Notes: a model not told the origin generated them from the letters alone. DNA of 64,000 bases from Microgenomates group bacterium RBG_16_45_19 (GCA_001803415.1 MHDC01000045.1:30747-94746), one strand, 5' to 3'; counted from the first letter of the stretch, positions 43,162-53,111 are shown. A program made the numbers and translations.

Positions 43162-44634
43162 ATGAGATTATATAACAGTCTAACCCGGACGCTGGAGGAA
43201 TTTAAGCCGATACGGCCGCCACATGTCGGCATCTATACTTGTGGACCGACGGTTTATGATTATGTGACCATCGGTAATTGGCGGACTTACACTTTGGGTG
43301 ATTTGGTGGTAAGGACGCTGACTTATTTAGGGTTTGAGCCGGAATACGTCATGAATATTACCGATGTCGGTCATTTGACCGGGGATAATTTAGGTGACGC
43401 TGATACCGGGGAAGACCGGATGGAACAGGCAGCCAGAAGCACCGGTAAAACCGCGTGGGACGTAGCCGCATTTTATACGGCTGATTTTTTTAAAGGTTAT
43501 GATGCCCTTCAATTAGTTAAACCAAAAGTCTGGTGTAAAGCGACCGACCACATTGCCGAGCAGATCGCCTTGATTCAAAAAATTGAAAAACAAGGTATTA
43601 CCTATCGAATTGACGATGGCCTTTATTTTGATACCCAGGTTTATGAGCGAGCCGGTCATCATTACGGGACCTTGTCAACTTTGGACTCGATTAAAGCCGG
43701 GGCTCGCGTCGAGACCAATAAGCAAAAGAAGAATTCCAAAGATTTTGCCTTGTGGAAGTTTTCTCCTTCGGTCGCTCCCGCCAGAGGCGGGCGGGCAGGA
43801 CAAGCCCGCAGGCAGATGGAGTGGAAGAGTCCGTGGGGGATTGGTTTTCCCGGTTGGCACATTGAGTGTAGTGCCATGAGCCTGAAGTATTTGGGGGAAC
43901 AATTTGACATTCATATTGGTGGTGAGGATTTACGATCGACCCACCATCCTAATGAGATTGCCCAAGCGGAAGCCGCTACCGGCAAGGAACCGTTTGTAAA
44001 GTATTGGTTGCACGGAGCGTTTTTGCAAGTGGACGGTGGCCGCATGGGTAAAAGTTTAGGCAATGCCTATACTTTGCAAGACATCATGGCTAAAGATTAT
44101 AGTCCGATGGCACTCCGATATTTTTATTTGACCGGCCATTACCGGAAACCGTTAAACTTTACTTGGGACGGCTTAGCGGCGGCCAAAACGGCGCTGACTA
44201 ACTTAACCACGATGGTGGTAAGATTTAAAGATGAGCAAGACCGAGTCATGTTGTCAGAGGAAAAACTGATAAAAGTGCAAGCCTTTCAAAAACAGTATAG
44301 AGAGGCACTGGAAGATGATTTAAATTTACCCCAAACTTTAAGTCTACTCTGGGCGGTGATTAAGAGTAATATTCCCAATCGAGATAAGTACGATTTGCTA
44401 CTTAACTTTGACCAAGTTTGGGGATTAGGTTTAAGTCAGGCGACGGCGCCAATGGAGACCATAGATCTAAAAGCGTTGGACCCCAAAGTTCAGGCTCTGA
44501 TCCAGGATAGAGAGAAATTAAGGGCGGCCGGTGACTTCGAGGTGGCCGATAAGCTGAGACAGGAAATAATGGCTCAAGGTTGGCAAATTGAAGACACGGC
44601 GGCGGGAGTGATTATCAAAAAACGGGTAAGCTAG
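43162..44634 (+). CDS. cysS: Cysteinyl-tRNA synthetase
   Basis: MRLYNSLTR...CGPTVYD, WHIECSAM Zn site, RMGKSLGN (KMSKS-type). The signature motifs are degenerate (see findings). Confidence 0.95.
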   Translation: MRLYNSLTRTLEEFKPIRPPHVGIYTCGPTVYDYVTIGNWRTYTLGDLVVRTLTYLGFEPEYVMNITDVGHLTGDNLGDADTGEDRMEQAARSTGKTAWDVAAFYTADFFKGYDALQLVKPKVWCKATDHIAEQIALIQKIEKQGITYRIDDGLYFDTQVYERAGHHYGTLSTLDSIKAGARVETNKQKKNSKDFALWKFSPSVAPARGGRAGQARRQMEWKSPWGIGFPGWHIECSAMSLKYLGEQFDIHIGGEDLRSTHHPNEIAQAEAATGKEPFVKYWLHGAFLQVDGGRMGKSLGNAYTLQDIMAKDYSPMALRYFYLTGHYRKPLNFTWDGLAAAKTALTNLTTMVVRFKDEQDRVMLSEEKLIKVQAFQKQYREALEDDLNLPQTLSLLWAVIKSNIPNRDKYDLLLNFDQVWGLGLSQATAPMETIDLKALDPKVQALIQDREKLRAAGDFEVADKLRQEIMAQGWQIEDTAAGVIIKKRVS

Positions 44635-46558
44635 ACGGAGTGGCTAATTTTAGGGCATTAGTAAGTTCCAATTCAGCTAAGGCGGTTTGGCCGGTTAATT
44701 GCAGGCTTTGGGCGTAGCGGCGACGAGGCTCGGGGTCACGTGGATTTTTAAGGACTTCATCAAAAGTTTGGTTGAGGGGATTTAAAGGAGCAGTCTCGGG
44801 TGGGGGGGGAACGATGGTGGCGGGTGATGGCGGTGAGGGGAGGCGGGCAAATAATGACTTGGCTAGATCGAGTTCGGCGGGATTGACGGTAGCGTTGATC
44901 AGATGTCTTTGGGCGGTGCCGGCTAGGCGCTGGAGTCGGACAGGGTCGATGGTGGGGTAATGGGTGGTTAAGAGATAATCGGAGTAGGGATAAAGAGTGG
45001 CGGCGGGTGAGGCGGGACTAGTAGTTAAGCGGGCGGCGTAACCTTGGGGGGTGAGGTAAAACAAGCCGCGATTTAAGCCTAAGAGGCGATAATATTCGGG
45101 TTGGAGGTCTAAGACGTAAACCGGGCGAGACTTGAGATTCCAGGAGATATAGTCAAGGAGAACAAAAGGGTTTTGGGGATAGTCAAAACCTTTAAGCTGG
45201 GGTTGGCGGTCTAACTTAAGAGCCACGAATTGATAAGCTTCAGGAACCACAATGACATCCGGTCGGGTGTGGTAGATAGCTTGTTGGAAGAGAAGGGCAA
45301 AACAGGAGACATCGGCGGTGCAAACCAAGAGGCTATCAAGTGGGAGCTGATTCAGGAGATCACGGTAACTTTGGGCCATGGCCGTATCTTGAGCTAGGCT
45401 AATTTGAGGATAGACAGTCATGAGGCGCCAAATTAGAACCAGGATTAAAACCAGGCTGAGGCTGAGGGGAGACAGCCAGCGTTTCAAGTAAATCAGGCCA
45501 AGGCTGAGTAAAAACGGCAAGGTCAGGTAAGTAATCAGGTATTGGCGAGCGACCACCGCCTGTTGGGCCAAGGTTCCCGGCCAGGGCATGATCAAGGAGA
45601 GGGCTAAGACCGGCAGCCAGAAGCATAACAGCCAGATTCGTAGTTGGCGGGGAAGTGGGGAACGCTGGGAGAAGAGACTGAGACCACCGACGAGACCAAG
45701 CAGGCTGGGGAGAAAACCAAAACTTAAGATCAGGTAACGACTATAGTGGACGAGGGCTTCAGGGCGATCGGGAGGCAAGCTGGTTTGAGGTTGGGAAAAA
45801 TAATCGAGCATAAGGGCTTGGCGCCACAAGCCGGCGGCGGTGGCGGGGAAGTGCCAAGAGACGGGCGGGCTGGGACGTAGATTGAGTTGCCAAAGTAACA
45901 GTAAGGGTAAGGCCAAACCCAATAGTAAGCTGAGGAGACTGAAGATAGGGAGGTGACCAGGTCGAGGCCAACGGCTGATCCAAGTGACCAAGATTAAGGG
46001 GGTGAGAAGCCATAAGGATAAGTGGCTAACCAAGGCTAAACCGGTGACAAAAGCGAACAGGTAATAGCGGGTTGACGAAACTTTGGCGGCAGTAATCAGT
46101 TTCAGGCTAAGATAAATAATCAGGGTGGCCAGAACTAGATTCAAGGCATATTTTTCGGCCACTTGAGCATAGAGCCAAAAGGGGTACATCAGTCCCAAGA
46201 CACAAGTGGCGACTAGCGAGAGACAATGGCTGGTAAAACGAGACAGACGGGGGGTGAGAGGTACATGGCGGAGAAGACGGTGGACCGAGAGAAAAATGAA
46301 AGACAAACTCAGAGCATAAAGTAGAGCCGAGAAGAGATGAGCTCGCTGAGCCAAGCTGACGGGCAGGGGTAAGTGAGTGGCCAAGTATACGCCGGAGAGA
46401 TAGAGAGGGTAACCGGGGGGGTGAGCCACCCCACCGTAAGCCCCGGCGGCGATGAGGACGTCGGAATCACCAAAGCCAACGTTGACCGGAGCAGTCCCCG
46501 AGGCGTAGAGGTAAAAAAAGGTTATACCAATTAGGAGAGCGAGACGAGAGGTAGTCAT
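44615..46558 (-). CDS. DUF2723/TMEM260-like GT-C membrane glycosyltransferase
   Basis: N-terminal GDSDVLIAAGAYGGVAHPPGYPLY motif, more than 10 predicted TM helices, soluble C-terminal region. Confidence 0.7.
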   Translation of the reverse strand: MTTSRLALLIGITFFYLYASGTAPVNVGFGDSDVLIAAGAYGGVAHPPGYPLYLSGVYLATHLPLPVSLAQRAHLFSALLYALSLSFIFLSVHRLLRHVPLTPRLSRFTSHCLSLVATCVLGLMYPFWLYAQVAEKYALNLVLATLIIYLSLKLITAAKVSSTRYYLFAFVTGLALVSHLSLWLLTPLILVTWISRWPRPGHLPIFSLLSLLLGLALPLLLLWQLNLRPSPPVSWHFPATAAGLWRQALMLDYFSQPQTSLPPDRPEALVHYSRYLILSFGFLPSLLGLVGGLSLFSQRSPLPRQLRIWLLCFWLPVLALSLIMPWPGTLAQQAVVARQYLITYLTLPFLLSLGLIYLKRWLSPLSLSLVLILVLIWRLMTVYPQISLAQDTAMAQSYRDLLNQLPLDSLLVCTADVSCFALLFQQAIYHTRPDVIVVPEAYQFVALKLDRQPQLKGFDYPQNPFVLLDYISWNLKSRPVYVLDLQPEYYRLLGLNRGLFYLTPQGYAARLTTSPASPAATLYPYSDYLLTTHYPTIDPVRLQRLAGTAQRHLINATVNPAELDLAKSLFARLPSPPSPATIVPPPPETAPLNPLNQTFDEVLKNPRDPEPRRRYAQSLQLTGQTALAELELTNALKLATPSSLPVF

Positions 46559-46560
46559 GA

Positions 46561-47994
46561 TTATTTGGCGTTTGGGTCAATTAAATAGAGTTTAGCCCAG
46601 ATGCCATTATGTTGAAAAGTTTCGAGCAAAGTGTGCGGTAGCGGCTGCAGGATTTCCTGGCAGCGGATTTGGGAGTAGTGGTAGGGATGTATATACAGGA
46701 TAACTGGTGACGGATGGCGGATGACTGAGGCTAGATCGCTGATAGTTTGGCAGTCCTGGAAATTAAGCGGTTGGTTAACATAACTATGAAGCGGTTGAGT
46801 CAACTGGTAGGATTGGGGGAAGCCGCCTAGAATCAGGCTTTGGGGATAATGGGATTCGAGATACTGGGCAGCAGTCAAACCGACTTGGATGTGGTCTTGG
46901 TAAGACAAATCTTCATTGAGGCGAAAAGCAAAAACTTCGGACGGTGGTGGCGGAGGGTGCCAGGCAAGAATAAAACTGATGAAAATAAGGCTAAAAATTA
47001 ATGTGGCTACAGAGCTAGGCCAAACACGCCATAATAGATGGCAAGTGATGATGGTAAAGAGGGGGACTAAAGAGAGAGCGTAGCGGGGGATAAATTCACC
47101 GGTTAGGGTAAAAGTGCCGAGGCCAACTACAAGCAAAGTTATTAGCAGGATAAAGGGGGAATTCGTTAAAGTCGGCTTTTTTAAAGAAACAAGTTTAAGC
47201 ACACCGGCTAAGCCAATGAAAGTTAACAAGAAGCGGTGTTGGCGAAGGAAAAAGACGGAAAAGACGAAACTTAAAGAAGTGATCAGTTGGCTTAGGTTTT
47301 TGGGGTAGACCGTTTCCCGGCCAGGGAGAGTCAGCCACCAGCCAGTGAAATAATGGTGATAGTTAAGATAAAAACCGGCACAGAGTAGCGGCAGAACCAG
47401 CGGTAAGTACCAGCGCCAATGACAGCGTTGTTTTTGATCCAGGAGAGTGAATACAGTCAGAACCAGGATGAGCGGTAATATAGTCATTTTGGTGAGCATA
47501 GCCAGGGAGAGAAAGGCAGCGGCGACAACGGGGCGCTGGTAAAACCAAGCGGTGAGACCAGCCAGACTTAAAGCGGCTAAGGGTAAATCAAGATAAATCA
47601 TACCGACTTCGGCTACCAGGAAAGGAAAACTGGCGGTCAGGAGAGCGGCGGTTAAACCGGTCAGCGGGGAAGACAATTTTTTACCTAAATAATAGGTTGA
47701 GCCAAGGAGCAGGATTAAAAACGGCACCACCGTCAAATGGGCGGCCAGTCGGTTCTGGCCGAAAATAGACCAGGAAAGGGTAACTAAGAAGGGGATGAGC
47801 GGGGGGTGGGCGAACTCGGTAAATTGACTAATAATGGGCCAGGGTTTAAGGCTTAAAGCTTGAGCTGCATTGATGACGTAAGCGGCTGAATCCCAATGAT
47901 AGGGAAGGGTTCGAGTCGGCCACCAAAGAAGAAGGGAGAGGCCGGTGAGGGTAAGGAGACTATAACGGTCTGGCCGTGAAAGCTTGATGACCAT
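46561..47994 (-). CDS. GT-C fold glycosyltransferase (family 39/ArnT-PMT-like)
   Basis: Polytopic membrane protein with the typical GT39-like layout. The Met at 47994 is preferred. Confidence 0.65.
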   Translation of the reverse strand: MVIKLSRPDRYSLLTLTGLSLLLWWPTRTLPYHWDSAAYVINAAQALSLKPWPIISQFTEFAHPPLIPFLVTLSWSIFGQNRLAAHLTVVPFLILLLGSTYYLGKKLSSPLTGLTAALLTASFPFLVAEVGMIYLDLPLAALSLAGLTAWFYQRPVVAAAFLSLAMLTKMTILPLILVLTVFTLLDQKQRCHWRWYLPLVLPLLCAGFYLNYHHYFTGWWLTLPGRETVYPKNLSQLITSLSFVFSVFFLRQHRFLLTFIGLAGVLKLVSLKKPTLTNSPFILLITLLVVGLGTFTLTGEFIPRYALSLVPLFTIITCHLLWRVWPSSVATLIFSLIFISFILAWHPPPPPSEVFAFRLNEDLSYQDHIQVGLTAAQYLESHYPQSLILGGFPQSYQLTQPLHSYVNQPLNFQDCQTISDLASVIRHPSPVILYIHPYHYSQIRCQEILQPLPHTLLETFQHNGIWAKLYLIDPNAK

Positions 47995-48116
47995 GAGGGG
48001 TATTAGTATATAATGTACAGTTAAAGCTAGACAGAGCAATATTACACCTTGACTAGAATATAAATAGATTAAATAATTGAATGAAATAGGAACTTTAAAG
48101 GGGGTGAAACAGAGTT

Positions 48117-48542
48117 ATGGCTTCAAGTAATGTGTGGACTAAAAAAGTTAATAATGAAACTTATGTCAAAGCCAGACTGGTGTATTTATTGGTGCTAATA
48201 GGAATTGCAGTCGTCGTCGGGGTTTATGTCTTTACTGGTTATCTGTATAGCTCCAGTGAAGCTCGAGGGAGAAGATCTCTCCCACAAGATGGTGAAGTGA
48301 CCCGGGCATCCTCCTATAGTAATCAGGCTTTTATCGATAGATATGGGACTCTTAGGGAGTTTACCCTAGGTTCTGATGGTCAAAGACGGTTAACCGAATG
48401 GTGTACTGGGAATAATTGTTATAATGCCAACGGTACCATGCGAACCAGGCAAGAGCGGGATGATGAAGCATGGAGGATCCAGGTGGAAAAACTTCAAGAA
48501 GGGAGAAAGAAATATTGTCTCAAGCCGCCTTGTACCGAATAA
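48117..48542 (+). CDS. Hypothetical membrane-anchored protein
   Basis: One N-terminal TM segment (LVYLLVLIGIAVVVGVYVF). No recognisable motif. Confidence 0.45.
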   Translation: MASSNVWTKKVNNETYVKARLVYLLVLIGIAVVVGVYVFTGYLYSSSEARGRRSLPQDGEVTRASSYSNQAFIDRYGTLREFTLGSDGQRRLTEWCTGNNCYNANGTMRTRQERDDEAWRIQVEKLQEGRKKYCLKPPCTE

Positions 48543-48636
48543 TCACACATAGGATGAACAGGGGTAAATATTATTGAGTGAGAAGGTGAAGATAAAAATA
48601 TAAATATAAATACATTCCCTTTTGGGGAGGGTTGTA

Positions 48637-48840
48637 GTGCCCGTCAAGATTGAACCAACAGAGGTGTTGAAGAAATCAGTCTGGATTATTTTCGGAGTGA
48701 TTTTGCTGTTTGTGTTTTTGTGGGTGATTCGACAGAACCGGGCAGCGTTGACGGATACTTGGGTGTGTGAGGAAGGGAAGTGGGTCAAGATTGGTCGACC
48801 CACGGCGCCTCGGCCTAAAATTCCCTGCAGACAAGAGTAA
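48637..48840 (+). CDS. Small membrane protein
   Basis: GGGGAGG RBS, then a GTG at 48637. One TM segment (VWIIFGVILLFVFLWVI). Confidence 0.35.
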   Translation: MPVKIEPTEVLKKSVWIIFGVILLFVFLWVIRQNRAALTDTWVCEEGKWVKIGRPTAPRPKIPCRQE

Positions 48841-48848
48841 CTTTGGGG

Positions 48849-48917
48849 ACGGAAAAACCAATATTTAGAATTTCACTTCAGTTTCCATCCGCCCAACCCC
48901 AGAAAAGAAAGGATTAT
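48849..48917 (+). repeat. 67-bp direct repeat, copy A
   Basis: A 33-bp perfect core, AAAAACCAATATTTAGAATTTCACTTCAGTTTC (48853-48885), is shared with 50108-50140. The flanking ~30 bp are about 80% identical. Confidence 0.9.
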
Positions 48918-49012
48918 TGTCGAAAGAGACGAGCTTGGCCGGATTATTCACTCCCAGCCTCCACAGTTCAAGTTTTAGCCCATTTCACTAAATAATTTGA
49001 TAAAATAGAGGT

Positions 49013-49336
49013 ATGAAACTTGCCATTCTTCTTTCAACCAACAATGCAGAAACTAACTGGAATGCTTTTCGTCTTGCTAACTTAGCTTTATCTAAAGGTG
49101 ATACTGTTTCTGTTTTTCTTCTTGGTGAGGGTGTGGAATATGGACAAGCAAGCTCTTCTCAATTCAATGTTAAAGAACAGGTTGAAAAGTTCTTGCAATC
49201 AGAAAACACACAGATTATTGCCTGTGGTACATGCTTGGCGATAAGAAAACAAGGAAGCACGAAAGAGTGTCCTGAAGGCAGTCTTGAAGACTGGTATCGC
49301 ATCGTTTCCGAAAGTGATAAAGTTCTTACCTTTTGA
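49013..49336 (+). CDS. DsrE/DsrF-like family protein
   Basis: 107 aa. The pattern MKLAILLSTNN...FLLGEGV...IIACGTCL is typical of DsrE-like sulfur-relay-fold proteins. Confidence 0.6.
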   Translation: MKLAILLSTNNAETNWNAFRLANLALSKGDTVSVFLLGEGVEYGQASSSQFNVKEQVEKFLQSENTQIIACGTCLAIRKQGSTKECPEGSLEDWYRIVSESDKVLTF

Positions 49337-49349
49337 AAATGAGCAAATT

Positions 49350-50006
49350 ATGAAAAAAGTGCTGTTAAGTACTATCCTTTTATTCACTTTGTTACTAACT
49401 CCATCTGCAACCTTTGCTCAAGGTATGATGGGTAACTGGACTAGCTCACCATCATCTGTGACCTCTGACGACCACACTGCTGGTGAAGAAATTGAAGGAA
49501 AAGAGGTCTGGGAAAAACTCCAAGCAAAACAACTTGAGTGTAAGAGCCTCATGGATGACAACTATGAAGTGCTTGGTGAATACTTCATGGGTCAATCTAT
49601 CGGGAATACTCAAAGACACGCACTGATGAACCAAATGATGACCAGTATGATGGGTGAAGAAGGCGAAGAACAAATGCATATTGCTATGGGAAAAAGATTA
49701 AGTGGTTGTGAACCTAATGCTCAAGTTCCTTCAAATGGAGTTGGATTTATGCCGATGATGTGGATGATGGGAGGAGGTGGTAATCCTATGATGGGTGGTT
49801 GGAATGGGTTTGGTATTTTGGGATGGATTCCAATGCTTCTTTTCTGGATACTCCTTATTCTCGGTGTCATTGCTTTAATACGTTATCTTGGAAGGTCAGG
49901 ACAACAGCAGGAGAATAAAACACCACTGGAAATATTGAAAGAAAGATATGCTGGTGGAGAAATAAATAAAAAAGAGTTTGAGGAAATGAAAAAGGACTTA
50001 GCTTAA
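49350..50006 (+). CDS. Secreted/membrane Met-Gly-rich protein with C-terminal SHOCT domain
   Basis: Signal peptide MKKVLLSTILLFTLLLTPSATFA. A Met/Gly-rich segment, one TM helix, and a SHOCT-like tail LEILKERYAGGEINKKEFEEMKKDL. Confidence 0.6.
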   Translation: MKKVLLSTILLFTLLLTPSATFAQGMMGNWTSSPSSVTSDDHTAGEEIEGKEVWEKLQAKQLECKSLMDDNYEVLGEYFMGQSIGNTQRHALMNQMMTSMMGEEGEEQMHIAMGKRLSGCEPNAQVPSNGVGFMPMMWMMGGGGNPMMGGWNGFGILGWIPMLLFWILLILGVIALIRYLGRSGQQQENKTPLEILKERYAGGEINKKEFEEMKKDLA

Positions 50007-50103
50007 TATGTAAAAAAATTTGCCGCCGAAAAAATCTTAATTCTTGCTAATTTATTGCTACAATCTCTAAATATGGGGTTTCAACTTAAAGCTGGCACAA
50101 TCA

Positions 50104-50172
50104 ACGAAAAAACCAATATTTAGAATTTCACTTCAGTTTCAAGCCTCCCAATCCCAGAAAAGAGAGGATAAA
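50104..50172 (+). repeat. 67-bp direct repeat, copy B
   Basis: See copy A. Same orientation, 1255 bp downstream. Confidence 0.9.
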
Positions 50173-50412
50173 ACCTCAGACACCCCCTTTGTTTATCTGC
50201 TAAAATATGGGGAATGAATTTGTCAGTCGGAACTTGCGAGACCCAAACACAGTATTTGCTCTATTCAAGTTCAAATTACACCTTCCACCACTAAGAAAAG
50301 CTAGATTGATAATTGAAAGAAATAGACTCGGACAAGTGGTTAGAGCTCGTGTTCCTTATGTGAAGACCCATCGGGCACGCATTTTGAATCTGGTTGATGT
50401 ATAATTCGCATA

Positions 50413-51492
50413 ATGAAAGAGGCGATAGAAAGGACTTTTAGGGAACTAGCTGCTTTTAATTCTCCTTCAAAAAACGAGGTTCGTGTAGCCTCTTATCTTC
50501 AGGAGCAATTGACGACAATGGGGTTAGAGGTAAAAGTAGATGATTTTGGAAATGTTATTGGATATCTGTCAGGAAGAGGTGAATCGATACTTCTTAACGC
50601 ACATATGGATGGTGTTCCTCCAGCAAAAGGCCATATACCAGTGAAAGAAGGGGATGTGTTAAGGAGTGATGGAAGCACGAACTTACGGGCAGATGATATT
50701 GCTGGAATTACAATTATTTTAGAAGCAACTATAACAATTATTGAAGGAAAGAAAAAACATCCACCGCTTGTATTAGCTTTTACTGCGCAAGAAGAGATTG
50801 GTTTATGGGGAGCGAAAGCATTGGATGTAACTGAATATGATGTAAATCAGGGAATTGTTTTTGACAATGCTTTTGGGGCTGGTACAGTGGTTTCTAAGGG
50901 CGCATGTTATGTTGCATTTGATGTTGAGATAAAAGGTAAGGAAACTCATCCTGGAAAAGACCTGTCTCAAGGAGTAAATGCAGTAAAAGTACTTTTAGAT
51001 ACAGGTATACAAGTTGGAGAAGCAGACAAAGGTCAAACCAGAGTAAACATAGGTACTGTTTCAGCAGGAAAAGCGAGGAATGTCGTACCAGGAAACGCAA
51101 CAATACAAGGTGAAATTAGAAGTTTCTTGACAGGCGATAAACTTTCAGGTCGTTTATCTGAGGTCGAAATGGCTTTCAAAAACGCAGCCAGTAGAAATGG
51201 AGCACAGGTAGAATTTACCCAGAAACAACTTGCTTTTGCTTATAAGGTTGATGAAGATGAACCGTTGGTTCAAAAATATAAAGAGGTAGTTGGGGCTCGG
51301 GGAGGGGAATTCGAAATGGCTGAGACTTTTGTTGCTAGTGATGCCAATGCACTCCGAGAGAAGGGTCTGAAAGTGTTTGTGATTTCAACTGGTGTCGAAA
51401 GTGAACACTCCGTAAACGAGACAGTTAAACTTTCTGACATGGAACAACTTACATCAGACTTAGTTGCGCTTCTTGAATTGCTGCCTCAATAA
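50413..51492 (+). CDS. M20-family metallopeptidase (peptidase T-like)
   Basis: LNAHMDGVPP, ADDIAGITIILEA and FTAQEEIGLWGAKAL are metal-ligand motifs of the M20/M42 clan. Confidence 0.7.
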   Translation: MKEAIERTFRELAAFNSPSKNEVRVASYLQEQLTTMGLEVKVDDFGNVIGYLSGRGESILLNAHMDGVPPAKGHIPVKEGDVLRSDGSTNLRADDIAGITIILEATITIIEGKKKHPPLVLAFTAQEEIGLWGAKALDVTEYDVNQGIVFDNAFGAGTVVSKGACYVAFDVEIKGKETHPGKDLSQGVNAVKVLLDTGIQVGEADKGQTRVNIGTVSAGKARNVVPGNATIQGEIRSFLTGDKLSGRLSEVEMAFKNAASRNGAQVEFTQKQLAFAYKVDEDEPLVQKYKEVVGARGGEFEMAETFVASDANALREKGLKVFVISTGVESEHSVNETVKLSDMEQLTSDLVALLELLPQ

Positions 51493-51624
51493 TCTCACCC
51501 ACCCACCCACTTTTTACGAATACCAAAACCCATTTAACCTCGAAAAAATCTGCGATATAAAATACAAAATGGTTAAAGAGAGAGCTAGAAGTTTAGGGCA
51601 GATTATCGTAAAATCAGAATAAAT

Positions 51625-51879
51625 ATGTGGAATTGGAGCTTTGGCAAATCATTGATATTGGGAGTTGCAATTGGACTGGTGTTAACTCTTGCTGGTTTTT
51701 CTCTACAAGCAGTTGTTGTAATCTCTATAGCTTTTATAGCTTTTGTTTACTGGCTTATACGAGAAATTAATTTTATTAGAAATTCTCATGGGACAAATAT
51801 TGAAGAATTAGAGAGCGAAGTGGAGGAGTTAAAAAAAAGTTGGAAAAACTTAAAAAAGATAAAACATAAAAATGATTAA
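51625..51879 (+). CDS. Small membrane protein
   Basis: Two hydrophobic segments followed by a charged tail. Confidence 0.4.
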   Translation: MWNWSFGKSLILGVAIGLVLTLAGFSLQAVVVISIAFIAFVYWLIREINFIRNSHGTNIEELESEVEELKKSWKNLKKIKHKND

Positions 51880-52384
51880 ATACATTGACAGGCGAGAAAC
51901 ACTCGAGCGTTATAAGGAAGAACACGAAAGTCTCAAAAAACTTGTTCTTACTTTGTCTGAAAGAGAAGCACTTAGTCCCAATACGGTTGATAGATGGTCA
52001 ATTAAAGATGTTATATCTCATTTAGCTGCTTGGAATTGGGAAGCTATTGATGAGGTTGATAGAGTGTTGAAAAATGAGGCTACTTGGCCTGCTAGGTATG
52101 AAGGTAAGATTGGAGAGGATGATTATAATAAAAAAGAAGTTGAAAAGCGTAAAGATAGAGTATGGAAAGATGTCATTCAAGAGTGGGATGATTCATTTTG
52201 GGCACAGGTAAAGCGAATGGAGCAAATTTCAGAAGAGGAGTGGAAGCATCAGAGTGGAAATCAACTCTGGAGCGATGGAACACCAGTAACAGTTTATTCA
52301 TTATTTGCATATGAGTATGAAGGGGAAGGCCATGAGGGAGGACATGCAGTTCAACTAAGAAAATTATTAGTTAAGGAAAAATAA
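51872..52384 (+). CDS. DinB/ClbS-like four-helix-bundle protein
   Basis: WSIKDVISHLAAWNWEAI resembles the DinB_2 / DUF1706 (ClbS/DfsB) signature. Weak call. Confidence 0.4.
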   Translation: MIKYIDRRETLERYKEEHESLKKLVLTLSEREALSPNTVDRWSIKDVISHLAAWNWEAIDEVDRVLKNEATWPARYEGKIGEDDYNKKEVEKRKDRVWKDVIQEWDDSFWAQVKRMEQISEEEWKHQSGNQLWSDGTPVTVYSLFAYEYEGEGHEGGHAVQLRKLLVKEK

Positions 52385-52387
52385 TTT

Positions 52388-53020
52388 ATGGCTCTACATA
52401 AAGACATGAAGCTGTGTGAAATGAAACAATTTTTGCAAGAAGAAGTAAAAGAACAGATACTGCTTGAGATTGCTCCTATTCTTCATATTGGAATTTCACA
52501 GGGAGGTTATTTTGGCGTAACTAGACAAATACTTTGTTTAGTTGATTTTTTAGGAGCTTTATATTCTGGCTATAATGGTGAAGTTGATAAAAAAACTGGC
52601 AGAAAAGTAATATCAAAGGCCGAAAAAGCAATTAAATTTATTGAAGATGTTTTTGGGGATAAAGATACTAACTACAAAACTAACGGAAAATATCTTTACT
52701 TGATGTATCGGCATGGATTAGTGCATTTATATCAACCTAAAGAGTTGGAGCTTAAAGATGGTAAAAAATTATCATGGCTTGCTTATAAGGGAGCGAGGGA
52801 AGGTGCAACTGTGCTTGAAGTACAAAATGTAAGACATATGGAGATTTCCCAAAATCCACACGACCCTAACATAAAATATCTGACCATCTGGATTACGAGT
52901 CTATATTACGACTTAATTACAGCTATGGATTTGTATACTAAGAAACTTGAAAATGATAAGGATTTACAAAACAAATGGATAACAACCGCTAATGCTATCT
53001 GTGAGCCAGAAAAGGTATGA
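52388..53020 (+). CDS. Hypothetical protein (210 aa)
   Basis: ORF only. Confidence 0.45.
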   Translation: MALHKDMKLCEMKQFLQEEVKEQILLEIAPILHIGISQGGYFGVTRQILCLVDFLGALYSGYNGEVDKKTGRKVISKAEKAIKFIEDVFGDKDTNYKTNGKYLYLMYRHGLVHLYQPKELELKDGKKLSWLAYKGAREGATVLEVQNVRHMEISQNPHDPNIKYLTIWITSLYYDLITAMDLYTKKLENDKDLQNKWITTANAICEPEKV

Positions 53021-53111
53021 CAAAGGTATCTTCTGATATATTCATGGAGACAGGTTAGCCTCAACTATCATATTATGTATATTAAGAAGACATACTAACA
53101 GTAATTGATAA

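Noticed and set aside
48841-49012. tRNA, tmRNA or other small RNA genes in the larger intergenic regions (8502-8540, 9599-9839, 11559-11707, 48841-49012, 50007-50412, 53021-53111).
   Set aside because: I found no cloverleaf-compatible acceptor or T-arm sequences (GTTCRANYC-type) by eye on either strand. This is a weak negative and should be rechecked with tRNAscan-SE and Infernal.
48849-50172. The 67-bp repeats, or any other repeats, considered as a CRISPR array.
   Set aside because: There are only two copies, 1.25 kb apart, with protein-coding genes between them. There is no regular repeat-spacer periodicity and there are no cas genes anywhere in the window.
50207-50404. A 65-aa ORF between repeat copy B and the M20 peptidase gene.
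   Set aside because: It has no RBS, its composition is basic and unremarkable, and it ends 8 bp before the peptidase start. It is probably 5' UTR or leader sequence and is left unannotated.
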